DNA of 64,000 nucleotides from Camelus dromedarius (lineage: Eukaryota): assembly GCF_036321535.1 (NCBI RefSeq), contig NC_087447.1:46998001-47062000 (forward strand), in the 5' to 3' direction. A program made the position numbers and the translations under genes. Positions 27,991 to 44,670 of this stretch are shown in pieces. Within the stretch, counting starts at the first letter, position 1. Every line of letters begins with the position of its first letter. The notes beneath the pieces were generated by a model. That model was not told the origin of the DNA and did not search any database. It was given only the letters and a program-made list of their open reading frames with translations.

Positions 27991-29597
27991 CTTATCTTAC
28001 AAAAAACGACTGTCTCTCTTTGAGGTCCAAGCTCCAAAGAAACAAGAACAGACATCCCCCGCCAGCCAGAAACGCCAGGGCCCTTACCATACTAACGTGA
28101 CGGTGATGCAGCCCTTGGATGTCAAAGGGGGTTACTTTCAGGCTGCCCCTTAGGCAGTCGGATTCCTGGGGAGCACCAGGCTGGCCCCACACCCCAGACA
28201 GATTGGCACAATAGATAGGGACAGTGTGATGTCTATATCCTTCAGGAAGTATTTCCAAAAGAAAATAAACTTTCACCCAGGTTCCAAAGATCTGAAACTG
28301 CCAATCTGTCAGGGGGAATGCGGAGCCAGTTGGCACTCTCTGGAGTCATAAACCCCTACCCCTGGGCTCTCCGTGCGCCTGGAGCCTACTGACACCTTAA
28401 CCTCCACTCCCCACTGCAAGACCCTTTGCATACCTGCATTTCTGCAACGTATAAAACATCTTCTCTTGATGTGTTTACCTTAACAAAACTCATCACCCCA
28501 GGAAGTAGCCCATCTCACAATACTAGGCGACAGGCCTCACATCCTGCCCTTATCAAAGTTGTAAAACCTATTGTTCAGAGAAGTCCCTGACAGATCTTAC
28601 AACCAATCAGGTACCTGTGCAGGAATTGATCATGCAGCCCCTACTCCTTGTGTGCACAGCCCCCTCCCCCCAATAAAAGACCCATCCTGGGTGCTCACAC
28701 AGGCACCTCTTGCCTGTGTAGCCTGCTGTTACCTATAGCAGCGTGTCTATTAAACTTTCCTAAACTCTCCTCGGTCTCTGGTCATTCTTTACCAACCTGA
28801 GTTACCAGCCCACCACGATGTGCCCACAACAGCCCAGACCTGTGGTCTTTCCATGAATACTGAGTGCCCCACCATATTCCTTAAACTGCTGCTGCCTTCC
28901 ATAGTCGGCGGCTCCCACAACTCGAACCTTCCCCCTGGGCTTTCACCTCTACGACCCCCTCCTCTGTTGTCACACACAGGCCCCTCTACAGATCAAAGCT
29001 CAACAGGCTCTCCTGCCCGAACTTGCCCCTCGCCTCTTCTCTTCCCCACCAGTAGTCACAGCCTGGTCTCAGGGTGAAAAAAGGCAGGCTTCTGTCCCTG
29101 GCTGGGGTAGGAGTGGTGGGAGGCACCTAAATTAGAGCAGACTCGGACACAGGAGAAATGATACTTGTGTGGCTGGGTGAGTGAGTAGGCGATAGGAAGG
29201 GAGCTGGGGCTTGGGACCAACTGAGGCTCGGGTCATCCGAACATCTGCAGTTTTACAGCTGGAGGTGGGCGATGCCTGCAGCTGATGAGGTTGAAGTCAG
29301 GGGCTCTTTAAGTTAGGGATATGGGAGCTCCACACTCTACAGCTGCCAGGGAGCTCAGACACCTGCGCTCCAGCCCTTGCCCTACAATGAGCTCTGGCCT
29401 GATTCTCATTCTCCTCATCTGTGTTAACAGGATATAGGTGTTCGGAGTGGGCCAGATTATGTTAAATGATCTCGGCAACTCAGGCTGCAAACTTTTCTCA
29501 GATGTGAGTTTGGGGGAGAAAATAGAGAAAGTGGGGCTTGGGGGCCGGCCTTAGGCTTGTGCTAATAATCCACCCCCTCCCGCCCACCACCCTCCCA

Positions 29598-29793
29598 TGG
29601 AGGCCTGGCCGTGCCAAGTGCAGTAATTAACTCCTGGGTGACCTTCGCCCTATCCAAAGCTCCCCTCCTGGGCCACATTCCCACTGCTCGTCTCCTAGGC
29701 CACTAAACCCCTTCTGTCCCCTAGAGTGAGGCAAGGTGGACTGGAGAGCAGAGCAGAAGCCTGAGCCAGACCGAGAGCCACCTTCTCTCCCAG
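29598..29793 (+). promoter_or_regulatory. FOLR1: FOLR1 upstream (P1-type) promoter / non-coding exon 1
   Basis: Resembles the recalled human FOLR1 exon 1 (tggaggcctgg..taattaact..ctcctaggccactaaacc..agagcagagcagaagcctgagccagac.gagagccacc). Donor CAG|GTATG at 29794. Confidence 0.7.
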
Positions 29794-31484
29794 GTATGCC
29801 ACTCTCCAGCCTCTGTCAGAGGCAACACACCCTAAGGGCACTCCCAGTAAGTGTTAAAGGATACGACCTGGGAGGATCCAGGGCCTGGAGGCTGAGGATC
29901 CAGAAGTGGAGACTAGGACCTACCCAAGGCTAAACTGCAAGTTAGTGTCCGTCTTTGAACCAGAGCCCAGGACACAGTGCTTCAAGTGTGGGGTGCTGGG
30001 GGTGAGGGGATGTGTGTGTGTTTTGAGGGTGATGATTGGTGTTGGTGGTGGGGGTCAGAGCTGGACCAAGATCTGAAGCTGAGCCTGGGAAGGTGGGGAG
30101 AGGCTCGCAGGGTGATGCAGGTGGTGCAGAACGGAAGAGAGCTCTGGCTCTAGAAAGCAGCCACAGCCAGAAACTCCCCAGCTGACTGAGTGGGATCCAA
30201 CAGGACCAAGGGAAAAAGGCTTTCTCAGCCCCTCAGTACTCCCCCATCACTCTGTGTCAGTTACTCCCCCGAGGGCCTCAGCACAGCGAAGGTTCAGGGG
30301 ACCCAGCAGAAGGAGCTCTGGACTTGAGGGTCCTGAGTCAGACTTGGGTGACTCCTGCTGTGTGACTTGGGGCACGCCCTCAACCCATGCCTAACTGATT
30401 CCTCAATCTATGCCCAGCTGGCTAGCATTTGTCGGGGCCTTCCTCCCTACATTATTTAATCCTCGGGTGAGGAAACCAAGCCTTAAGACAATTTGTTATT
30501 TTCCCCCAGGGTCAAACAGGAGGGGGACTGTGAGGGCTGGGATCTGGACCCCTGTGCTCTAAACTGCTAGACTTGGTTTCCCCTAAGGAGTCTAATCCTG
30601 AATCACCGGGCATTTCCAAGGGTACAGATTTGCTCTTGGAGATCAGTGAGTGATGGGGTCAATGGAGAGATGATTAGATCCTGGGATGAATGAATTAGCA
30701 AATGAATAAACAATGGAATAAACTGTGGCAGCATATTGGATTGTGGAAGGGTGAGAGGGGATGAGGGGATGAGGAGGAGAAGGAGGAAGAGAGCTAGGTG
30801 GGAATTTAAATCCAGGTTTCCCAAAGCCCTCCTGGGCAGTCAGCCTGGAGGCCGCCCAGCTCAGGCCCCATCCAGGAGACCCAGGCAAGATGATGGAGTT
30901 CTGTAGGAGGTGAGGGCAACATGGAGGCGAGGCAACTTTGTGAGCAGGGGGGACACAAAAGCTTTAGGAGCTGTGGGAAACAAATGCCGAGCGTTTTAGG
31001 AGAGCCAAGCACCTGGTGACCAGTGGGATGAGGGAACAGGCACCTCCCAAAGCTCAGTATTGGAGGTCAGAGGACTGAGGTGCTATGAAGGCCAAAGGGA
31101 GGCCAGCTCTGTAGCAGGGCTTCAGGAGCCTCCCAAGGCCCCAGGGGTGGGCTGCTCAGCTGCCCACGCCCACCCCCAAGTCTTTGTGCCCTGTGACATC
31201 CCCCAGGTCACCGGGTGTCTGGGGGAGACCAAATGAGAAGGCTGGAAGCAGGGCTTTGTTTTGTTTTTTAAACACAGATCTGTATCTGGAGGTCCAAAAC
31301 TAAGATGTTGTTGTAAACTTTTGCACAAAGTAATTTGGTGTCAAAATCTGAGCTGAAAATTAATATGAAGTTATTATAGTTTTTATTTATCCCACCAATG
31401 TAACTCTATCCCCCTAAATTGTGTGCTTGATTGTTGAGTGCTTGTAAATTTCATTATCTTATTTTGTATTACCTTGTATAAAAT

Positions 31485-31943
31485 TGCCAACTAAAGAATG
31501 TCCTTGGCCACTTGGTTCTCTAAGGATTAAGTCATTAGCTACTGCAGTCGCTGATCTTTAACACACACTGAAAGAAACTCAGGGCAGAGATCAGGAATCA
31601 GGCAGTCTGCGCTCTGGGAAAATTGGCAGAACAGGACTTCAGACAGATATTTTCAGGAAACAATGTTGTGAAACCAAATTCTTACATCTCCTCATATATA
31701 GAAAAGCATGAAAACCACTAAGATATCTGTTCCCTGTGACCAGCAGCAACCTTCTACTGAGATGTGTGCTTGACTGCATGTCTTCCTTGGCCAAAATCGC
31801 ATACATACTGATCTCCCCCATGACCTCTTCGGAACAGCTTCTCAGAGCTGTTTCTTGGGCTATAGTCCTCAATAAGACACTGAACAAACTCAACTCACTG
31901 CTCTCATGTTGTGTGGTTTGGTTTTGTTTTTTTCAGGTCAACA
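31485..31943 (+). mobile_element. Solo ERV LTR ~330 bp upstream of the FOLR1 start codon
   Basis: tgccaactaaa...caggtcaaca with 4-bp TSD aaat (31481-31484, 31944-31947). Confidence 0.85.
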
Positions 31944-32200
31944 AAATCTTTTAAACTGAAATGTCCACCTCCGAGGATTTTGAACAAGGGATTGTGGACA
32001 TATGGCAATCTCCTAGCTATTTCTGCATTTTGCCCAAACCCCATTCCTTAGGTGTATCATGTGATCCTCATGACCACCTAGAGAAGCCAGAGACCCCAGC
32101 CAGGGAAAGTCCCAGAAGGTGGCATCTGATCCCAACCCTTCCTGAAGACTGGTGTAGGGACTACCTACCCTAGGCTCCTCCCACCTAAGGCTTTTATTAA

Positions 32201-35170
<2,970 letters not shown>

Positions 35171-36834
35171 GCTCCTTTTATTTTCTGATAATATGGACAT
35201 CCCTGCCCTGTTCAGCCCCACAGCTCCCAGCTGGTCAGTTCCTGTTTCATGGTGGGGACTCCTACAGTTTGAATAAACCGGACGTCCCAAGTGTCATGTA
35301 AATTACCTGCGTGTTCATAGAAATGTGACTATTGCTTCCCAGTACCCATTGATAAAGCTAGTTAGACTGGGTCAGTTCCCAGCTCTGATACTTGCTGTGA
35401 ACTTGCCAGATAACTTAACTATTCATCTAACCGAGGACATATTCACAGCTCTCAATTTCATTTTTTCACTACAGCCCTAATCTAGAGCCAGGCCTAGGAT
35501 TTTATTATTTGAATTGGACCCAAGCCTCCCAGGGTTAACTGTTCGGTGCTCAGCTCTCCCATAGAAGAGAGGGGAATGGGAGTGTCCAGCATGTTCTGGA
35601 TGAATGGCTGGGAAGAGGTGAAGGGGGCCACAAGAGCCCTACTCCACTAACAGCTAATACCCACAAAGCTCTATCTGCTGGGCACTGTCCCAGATGCCTT
35701 ACATTATTCCTGTAAGCTGTAGATACTGTTGTCTGCGTTTTACATGTGTGGAAACAGGCATATAAATTAAGGAACAGAGTCAAAGCCATTTCTTGCGTAA
35801 GAGCTGGGATCCCCTCTGGGCAATTTTGCTCTTAGGAACAAACTCTCTCCCCTTGTAGAATGAATAAATATGTGTATCTTAAAAGGATAATGGACCCCAG
35901 GCCTGACCAAAGTAGCTGGGCTTGAGCTGGTCTGGCAGAGCTAGGCATGGAACCTAGACTCTAAAGCAAGTCCCAAAACAACAATTTGACAGGTTTTTAT
36001 GCAATGTTCCTACATTAAGCATAATTTGTAGGAGTTGTAATAGGCTAGGTTATATCGTAGTAACACCCCTAATATCTCAGTGGCTTAAAACAATGAACAT
36101 TGATTTCTTGTTCAAGCTATAGTGCTTAATATGGGTTGTCAGGGGGATTCTGATTGTCACTTAGGGGCCCAGGCTGATAGAGGCTGCATCTGGTCATACA
36201 GTTTCACAAGACAGGAATAGGGAACTTGGTGAATTCCATACAGGCTCTTAAAACTTCCACTCATCATTTATTTCATTGGCTAAATCTAGTCATGACCATG
36301 ACTAATGTCAAAGAGGCCAGGAAAATACAATTCTAACATGTGTTTGGAAGGAGAGAGGGGTCAAGGTGTTTGTCAGCAGACCCAAAGACTGCTACAAAGG
36401 CCTTATTTTGTTCAGTTATATTTCTGGCATGGTTATTGTTACAAACTTAATTTTTTCAGTTAGATCCTGGCAAGAAAGAGAACCAACTCTTTGAAGCTAG
36501 GCAAAGAACTATAACTACACGAAAAGTGCAGTAATTCACTGGTCACCCTCCTAGGCACTCTCGCCAACAAGGCCATTCGATGTGTCATATCCTCTATAGA
36601 ACCAGTCACACTGTTTGTAAATATGACTTGTTTACAGATGGATTAGGGTTAGTGAAATTTAAGATTAGTACCATTTCAATCCAATATACCTTATCAAAGG
36701 CCTATTTTGCTATTTCTGAACCATTTATAAAAATATCTAAATCCTACTCTCTGTAGCTGTCATCCTCAAGTTCTGAGGAGTCATTAGCTTGAAGGTATAC
36801 TAATAAATTTCCAAATTAGGATTTCCAAGAGCAG

Positions 36835-38165
36835 AAGTACTGGCAAAAGGATAGACATAGATTAATGGAACAGAATTGAGAGTCCAGAAATAAATCCTTA
36901 TAATTAATTGATTTTTGACAAAGGTGCTAGGCTAATTCATTGACGTAAAGATGATATGTTCAACAACTGCTTATCCACATGCAAAAAGATGAATTTAGAC
37001 CTTCAACTCATAAACAAAAATAACTCAAAATGGAACACAGACTTAAATGTAACAGCTGAACAATTTAAACTAGAAGAAAACAGGAAAATATCTTCCAGAC
37101 CCTGTGTTAGGCAAAGATTTCTTTGATTAATGCTTCCACCAATCATTTCTTTGTATTTTGGACCAAAAACACAGTCTATCACTGAAAAAAACCGATGAAC
37201 TGGACATCATCAAAATTCAAAACTTTTGCACTTCAAAAGACATCATTAAGAAAATTAAAAGACAAGAAATAGCTAGGAGAAAATATTTGTAAAACACATA
37301 TCTGATAAAGGGCTTGTATCCATAATATACAAAGAATACCTATAACTTAATAAGACAAACAACTAATCAAATAATGGGCAAAAGAAATGAACAGATATTT
37401 CATCAAAGAAGGTACATGAAAAATACTCAGCATCATTCATTAGTCATTAGGAAAAGGCAAATTAAAACTACAATGAGATGCCACTTCATACCCACTAGAA
37501 TGGCTACAATAAATAAGACAGTCATTAACAGATGTTTGCAAAGATGTAGAGAAACTGGAACCCTCATATACTGCTGATGGAAATGTAAAATAGTACCGTC
37601 ATTTGGAAAACTGTGGCAGTTTCTCAAAAAGTGTCATACAGCCCATAAAAACATAAACTGTCATACAACAAACATAAAACTGTCACACAACCCATCAATT
37701 CTACTTGTAAGCATGTACTCAAGAGAAATGAAAACACATATCCACAATAAAGACTTGCACATGAATGTTCATAGCAGCTCCAAACTGAAAATAACCTAAA
37801 TGTCCATCAACTGATGGGTAGGTAGACAAAATGTGTTGTATCCACACAATAGAATCCCATTCAGCAATAAAAAAAAGTGAACTATCGACACTTGCTATGT
37901 CATGGATGAACCTTAGCAACATTATGCAAAATGAAACATTATGCTAAGTGAAAGTCCATTCGTATGAAAGGTCCAGAAAAGGCAAATTTACAGAGACAGA
38001 AAGTAGACTAGTGGTTGCCTGGGACTGGATTTGGGAACAGGGATTAACTACAAACGGGCATGAGGCAGGATAAAAATGTTCCAAAATTCATTTCTGGTGA
38101 GGTTGCACCACTCCACAAAATCACTGTAAACTTTAAATGGGTAAATTTTATGATATTTAAAATAA
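36835..38165 (+). mobile_element. Old L1 (ORF2 3' region and 3'UTR)
   Basis: tggcaaaaggatagacatagattaatggaacagaattgagagtccagaaataaatcc. ORF 37374-37577 (HSLVIRKRQIKTTMRCHFIPTRMA) is L1 ORF2. Confidence 0.88.
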
Positions 38166-40084
38166 ATGAAGAATACAAAATAAATAAATGAATGAATGAT
38201 TGCCTAAAGGATACCCTCCCTTGCAATGGTAGCACACAGGGAATTTTATATGGTTCTGAATTTCTGTGGCATGTACCCATGAGGAGATGTATTCTAAGGA
38301 ATTTAGCAACTGGCTGCATAAAAATCCATCATCTGAGCCAAACTCTTTTCCACCATGAACTCTGAGAGACTGGTTGGAACAACGTGGCAATTAAGGAGGG
38401 AGTCAGTTCTTGGTGTAGATGCAGACAATACCAATAGGAATGTTTAGAAGAGTGGCCTATTGACCAAGAATTTTTTTAGAGAGTGTCTATTTCAGTTGGC
38501 ATAAGTATGGTCTACTAAATTGAGGGTTAGAGACCACAGCCAGGGGAAAGGAAAAGGGCTGCATCATATGACTAATCAAAAAAGAACATGAGGCAAATTA
38601 CCAAAAATACCAACACAATAACCACCATCATATCACCTTCATCAACTTCCCTAATTCTTTAAAAATTATTTCTTGTTACCTGCTTGTAGCTTAGCATCTC
38701 CCTCCATAGAAGTTTTCTGCTTTGTGGCTAGAATTTTTCTGGAAGTATCAAGTCCCAGGGCTTTGATAGGCTGAATCATCCAAGTGTTAGTTTATGATGG
38801 TGATGTCGGATCCATGAGTCTTAATTTTCTGGTCAGTCAATTATGGCAGGATCTTTAGGAAAACAAAAAGAGAGAATAGAAACCCTTTGGTGGTAGGACA
38901 AGAAGATCTGGTCAATCTATTAATTTCTAATATCAGAATAAAAGAGAGAAGAGTTTTCATTGGGATGTAATACAACAGAGCACGAACTTACTGTGGACTG
39001 CTGTATTTCACAGTGTCAGTTGATGGCTATTTTGAGAAGAACATATTATTAGAACCTCAGGAAGGAGAGGTAGACAAGGAGAGTTTGTCTTCCCAACAAA
39101 CTTAACTTTGATAATTCTATTTTTCTCTCTATTTGCCTCTGCGGGTGATATGGACAGCGGATGTATTTAGAAATCTTGAGGGCCTTACAGTCTCTTTTGT
39201 AAGATGTACGTGAAAATTACTATCAATAATAAAAGGTTATTTAAAAATAAATAAAATCATCTTAGAAATAAATTTGTTGACAGTCATCATACAAACCCTT
39301 GCATGTGAAGATGGGTGTGATTTACTCATCTAGGAAAGTCCACAGTCACTAAACATTCATGGTCATAATCCTTTACCTTGTATGAAAATCATCTAGGAAA
39401 GATGAGTTTCTCTCTTTACTGCAACATCTTTCTCCATATTGTGAACACGATGAACAGGGCAACTCTTATAATACCAATAAGATGGATATTAAAACATGGA
39501 GCATACCAATTATACTTAACTATTTTTAGCATCCTTCCTTGTCTCCTTCTTTTACTTGTAAGTGCCATGCTGTGAGGGAGCAAATATTTTATGTATTCTA
39601 GCAGCTGTCTGGGACATGACAAGATGATTTTGGTGTAAAATACACCTTGATAGTTTTATTATTCTGAATTTAGGACCTCATCTTGGAGAAGGGAAACAGA
39701 AAAGAAAAAGGTGTTATCAGGAAATAGCCTCAGTCTTGGCTGTGTTATTAATAAGAAAACTATATTTTATTAAACAACTTTGTCACTAAGAATTTTAACT
39801 TCTCTAGAAATGAGGACTTATTGTTTTATGTTGTAGCATGACCCAGAGCATGATGCGAGTCAGCACAAAGCCCACAAAATTAACATGCTTTTTGAGAAGT
39901 GAACGTTCACATTCAGGTTGATAAGGACCTAAACTTTGCTGTAAGGGCAAAACACACAGTAAACAAAAAATAACTTTTATTTCTTCATGTTAACAGTAGA
40001 CTGTATACTCAAAGACCATTTCACTTACAAGTGACCCATATTATTTAAAGCTTTATACTTAAAACAGAAATAATCTGAAGAAGC

Positions 40085-43000
40085 ACTTCCAGAATGAGAG
40101 AGTAAGGACCTCTGAAAATCCACTCCTCCATAAAAGCAGTAACACTGGCAAAACTTGTCAAAACCAACTTTTCCAGAAGTCTGGAAATTAACCAAAGCTT
40201 TTAAAACTCTAAGGAGAATTTATTCAAGAAAATGGCTGAATCTCACAGTAGAACAGTGAGTTCTGTGGCATTTTTACTTGCTTTTTCCCATCTTCCTCTC
40301 CCCAACAGTAGTCTCCAGAATCAGCAGTCTCACTACAATAGCTACGAAAACCAGTGGCCTCACTGCCACTAGAGGGGGCAGAGTGGGTGTGGAGCTCCCT
40401 CAAAAGCCCTGTCCCTACAGAACTGTCACTACTTGATCTATCTGGAAGCCTCTGTTAAAAGCTCCTCACAGGGCTAATCTGATTCAGAGCTCACACAGTG
40501 AGAAACCCCATTCCTAGGCTTTTGTCTAAACAATCAGCAGCAAATTAGACATCTCAGCTCCCTAAGGCAGAAACACCAGTTGAGGCAAACAAAAGACTGG
40601 ACAAAAAACTTAAAAGGATTGGGGAGGGTATAGCTCAAGTGGTAGAGTGCATGCTCAGCAAACACAAGGTCCTGGGTTCAATCCCCAGTACCTCCTCCAA
40701 AAATAACCCCTAACTACCTCCCTCCCCAACAAACAAACAAACAAACAAACAAAACTTTAAAGGAATACTGGGGAATGAGATGTCATTAGAGAGCTTTGAA
40801 AAGCTCTGACATCCACCTGGGGACCTTGAAGTTCATGTGCATTTGCAGTACATCCAGGAAATACCTGAGAAGGCCCCAATCTCTCACCTCTGGTGACTGG
40901 AGGCCCTCCTCAGCAAGAAGTGAGGAATAAGGCAGAGTAAACTGCTAGAGCATTTGATGGCTTGCCTGAACCAACATACAGAGTCCCTTAGCAAAAAGTA
41001 GGAGACTTAACTGCTTCCAGGCATCTAAGGAAGTTGCTGTCCAATCATTAGCTGACCACTAAGCTAACCAGGCAGAAACTTCAGTGACCACACATGCCAA
41101 AGAAAACAGACTTTATAGAATTAGTCCACAAAAGCTGATAAATAAATAGCGACAACAAGCTCTCATTTGAGAGTGATGATTTCTGGACTTGCCACACTGT
41201 ATTATTTAAAACATCCAGTTTTCACATGATCATCTCAATTGATGCAGAAACATCATTTAACAAAATCCAAAATCCTTTTATTATGAAAACAAAATAGAAC
41301 ACTGAACAAACTAGCAATAGGAGGGAATTGCCCTAATGTGATAAAGGACATCTGTGAAAAACTAACAGCTAACATTCTATTCAATGGCAAAAGGCTTTCC
41401 CTCTAAGATCAGCAATAAGACAAGGATAGCCACTCTCATCATGTCTATTCAATGTGGTACAGAGGGTGTAGGTAGGGCTACTGGTGCAGAAAAAGAAACA
41501 AAACCTATACAGATTGGAAAGCAAGTAGTAAAACTATTTCTATTCACAGGTATGACATTCTATACAGAAAATCCTAAGGAAACCTCAAAAACATGATTAT
41601 TACTAATAAGTGAGTTCAACCAGTTTGTAGGATACCAGGTCAATAAACAAAAAACAATTGTATTTCTATACACTAGCAATGAACAAAACAAAAATGAATT
41701 TGAGAATACAATTCCCCTTCACAATAGCCTGAAAAAGAATAAAATATATAGGAAAAAAAAAAAAACCCAACAAACGAAGTAAAAGACTTGTAGACCGAAA
41801 ATTACAAAACACTGTTGAAAGAAATTCGAAAACTAAATAAACGGAAAGAAATTCCATGTTCATCAATCAGAAGACTTAACATTGTTAAGAGTACAATACT
41901 CCCCAACTGATCTGCAGAGTCAACTCAATGCTTATCAAAATCCCAGCTGGCTTTTTGGAGAAACTGACAACCTGATCTTAAAATCCATATGGACATGAAA
42001 GAGATCCATAATAGCCAAAACAATCTTAAAAAAGTACAAAATTAGAGGAGTCACACTTCCTGATCTCAAAACTCACTACAAAGCTATAATAATTAAGACA
42101 GTGTAGTAGTAGCATAAGGATAGATATATAGATCAATAGAATATAACCAAGAGTCCAGATTCAAGGATGCCAAGATAATGCAATGGAGGAAAGAATAGTC
42201 ATATTTTCCGAAATATGGTGCTGGGACACAACTGGATATTCACCTGCAAAATAATAAAGTTGGGCCCTTATTTTACACCATACACAAAAATTAACTCAAA
42301 AGGGATTAAAGACCTAAATGTGAGAGGTAAAACTATAAAATTCCTTAAGAAAACATATGGGAAGAGCTTCATAACATTATGTTAGGCAATGATTTACTGG
42401 CTATGACAGCAAAAGCAAGACAACAACAGAAAAAAATAGACAAACTGGACTATATCAATATTTAAAACATCTGTGCAACAAAAGACAATTAACCAAGTGA
42501 AAAGGCAACATACAGAATGGGAGAAAATATTTGCAAATCATGTATCTGATAAGGGGTTAATCCAGAATATAAAGAACTCCTACAATTCAACAACAAAGAA
42601 AAGTATAAACCAATTTAAAAATGGGCAAATAACTTGAATAGACATTTCTCCAAAGAAGATGTACAAATGACCAACAAGCATATGAAAAGATGCTCAACAT
42701 CATTAATCATTAGGGAAATGCAAATCAAAACCACAATGACATACCACCAACATTATGATGGCTACTATTAAAAAAAACCAGAAAATAACGTGTTGGCAAG
42801 GATGTAGAGAAACTGGAATCCTTTTACACTGTTGGTGGGAATGTAAAATTGTGGAGCCATTATGGAAAACAGTATGACAGTTCCTCAAAAATTAAAAATA
42901 GAATTACCATATGATCCAGCTATTCCACTTCTGATTATGTACCCAAAAGAATGGAAAGCAGGGTCCCAGAGAAGTATTTGTACACTTGTGTTCAAAGTAG

Positions 43001-43450
43001 CATTCTTCACAATGGCCAAAAGGTAGAAGCAACCCAGATGTCCATGGATAGATGAGTGGATAAATAAAATGTGGTACATACATATAATGGAATATTATTC
43101 AGCTATAAAAAGGAATGAAATTCTGACACATGGATGAACCTTGAGGACATTATGCTAAGTGAAATAAGCCAGTTACAAAAGGACAAATGTTGTATAATCC
43201 CAATTATATGAGGTATCTAGAGTAGTCAAATTCATAGAGACAGAAAGTTGAATGGCAGTTGCCAGGGACTGAAGGGCAGGAGGAAATGGGGAGTTAGTCA
43301 TTAATGGAAATACAGTTTCAGTTCTACAAGATGAAAATATCCTGGAGATCTGTTGTGCAACACGAATATACTTAACATTACTGAACTGTACACTTAAAAT
43401 CATTAAGACAGTAAATTTTATCGAGTGTGTATTTTACCACAATTTTTTAA
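40085..43450 (+). mobile_element. Internally deleted old L1 (5' region, ORF2 fragments, 3'UTR)
   Basis: RT-domain remnant from ~41224 (cacatgatcatctcaattgatgcagaaa = HMIISIDAE), ORF2 C-terminal motifs to ~43210, then 3'UTR. The 5' region assignment (40085-41220) is less certain. Confidence 0.82.
40621..40750 (+). mobile_element. Vic-1-like SINE
   Basis: ggggagggtatagctcaagtggtagagtgcatgctcagc..ggtcctgggttcaatccccagtacctcc (Pol III A and B boxes), (CAAA)n tail, flanking near-repeat aaaactt(t)aaagga. Confidence 0.9.
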
Positions 43451-43624
43451 AGGCTAAAAAATTGCTAAGATATGTTTACAGAAATGCTAGATGATGAGAT
43501 ATTATCATTTACCAGATTTGAGACAATTTCTTTCCATGACTGTTGTCTTCTGCACCTCAACTTCTACCTGTTTCCACCTGGCTGCTCATAAACTAATCCG
43601 ATAGCTGCCATTTAAGCCTACTCA

Positions 43625-44105
43625 AGCAAACTGAATGTCCATCAACAGATGAATGGATAAAGAAAATGTGAGATACACACACACAACAGGGAATATTAGC
43701 CATAAAAAAGAATGAGATAATGGCATTTGCAGCAATATGGATGGACATAGAGATTATCATACTAAGTGAAGTCACGCAGAGAAAGACAAATATTATAACA
43801 CTTTAATGTGGAATCTAAAAAAAATACAGATCAACTTATTTACAAAACAGAAACAGATTCACAGACGTAGAAAAGAAACTTATGGTTACCGGGGGAAAGG
43901 AGGGGGAGGAATAAATTAGGAGTATGGGATTAACAGATATATATATACCACCATATATAACTAGATAAATAAAAAGGATTTACTGTATAGCACAGGGAAC
44001 TACATTCAACATCTTGTATAACCTATAATAGAAGAGAATCTGAAGCTGTAAACTTGAAACTAAAACAATATTATAAATCAACTATAGTCAAATAAAGATT
44101 TTTAA
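43625..44105 (+). mobile_element. L1 3' end
   Basis: tgtccatcaacagatgaatggataaagaaaatgtg..atggatggacatagagattatcatactaagtgaagt..tactgtatagcacagggaac. Confidence 0.85.
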
Positions 44106-44454
44106 AAAGCCTACTCAGTATATGCCAGGCTTTTCCATATATAATTCTCAACAGTTTTCTCGTGAGCAAACTGAAGCTGAGATTCAGTGATATCTCCCAG
44201 GGCTGTAGGAGGGGTGGAGCTATCACTGGGTCCTATGACCTGGCCCCAAAGCCTGGATTCTTCCTCATTAGGTCTCATTCCTCTCAAGTTAGTATTACCC
44301 TAATTTTTGACCATGTGGGGTCAAAAATTCAGATCCTTTTTGGAGATGAGCAATCATCTAGATGAATGTTGAATGTGTGGACCCTGGAATGAGTAAATTA
44401 ATATATAAAGAGACGAATGCAAACAGGAATGGATCACTTGAAAGACTAAAGGAA

Positions 44455-44670
44455 CCTTGAAGAGGGTGGGATCTGGAAAGAAGGAAGAGCAGGAGAAGAG
44501 CTGAAAGAGGAAATTATATTTATGCTTACCAGTGCTCTTAGTCAGTCTGCCCTGTGCTGAGGACAGAGACCATTGGGGACAGTCCAGGGGCCTGGAGCCA
44601 TTGCCAGCTCAGAGAGGCCAGTCCAGACAGAGCTGTGTGTGTGCCCAGCAGCAAAGAAGGCACAGGCAAG
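44455..44670 (+). promoter_or_regulatory. FOLR2: Putative FOLR2 promoter / non-coding exon 1
   Basis: GAGGGTGGG box followed by GGAA-rich (Ets-like) repeats, ~1.2 kb upstream of the acceptor at 45825-45826. Resembles my recollection of the FOLR2 5' region; unverified. Confidence 0.4.

Larger units (their letters stand above)
22106..28831 (+). mobile_element. Defective class I (gamma-like) ERV provirus: 5' LTR 22106-22621, 3' LTR 28319-28831, with nested insertions
   Basis: Paired ~515 bp TG..CA LTRs. PBS tggtggcccgta at 22624 (complementary to the tRNA-Ile 3' end). PPT agggggaa at 28311-28318. Flanks gccct/gccca. Frameshifted gag matrix remnant at ~23570-23710 (DSPLGCIF/KNWRKFNPQSLKKK/FVFFCNTTWPQYQL). 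Confidence 0.9.

Noticed and set aside
18750..32200. Additional FOLR pseudogene between the first two FOLR genes
   Set aside because: No FOLR exon motifs ([23 protein letters not shown]) were seen in this interval by eye.
38200..40000. Possible ancient antisense ERV env-like or pseudogene remnant
   Set aside because: Could not obtain a convincing translation or family match by eye; left unannotated pending a RepeatMasker/tBLASTx search.
40621..40695. tRNA gene
   Set aside because: The A/B boxes belong to a SINE head with a simple-repeat tail and TSD, repeated several times in the window.
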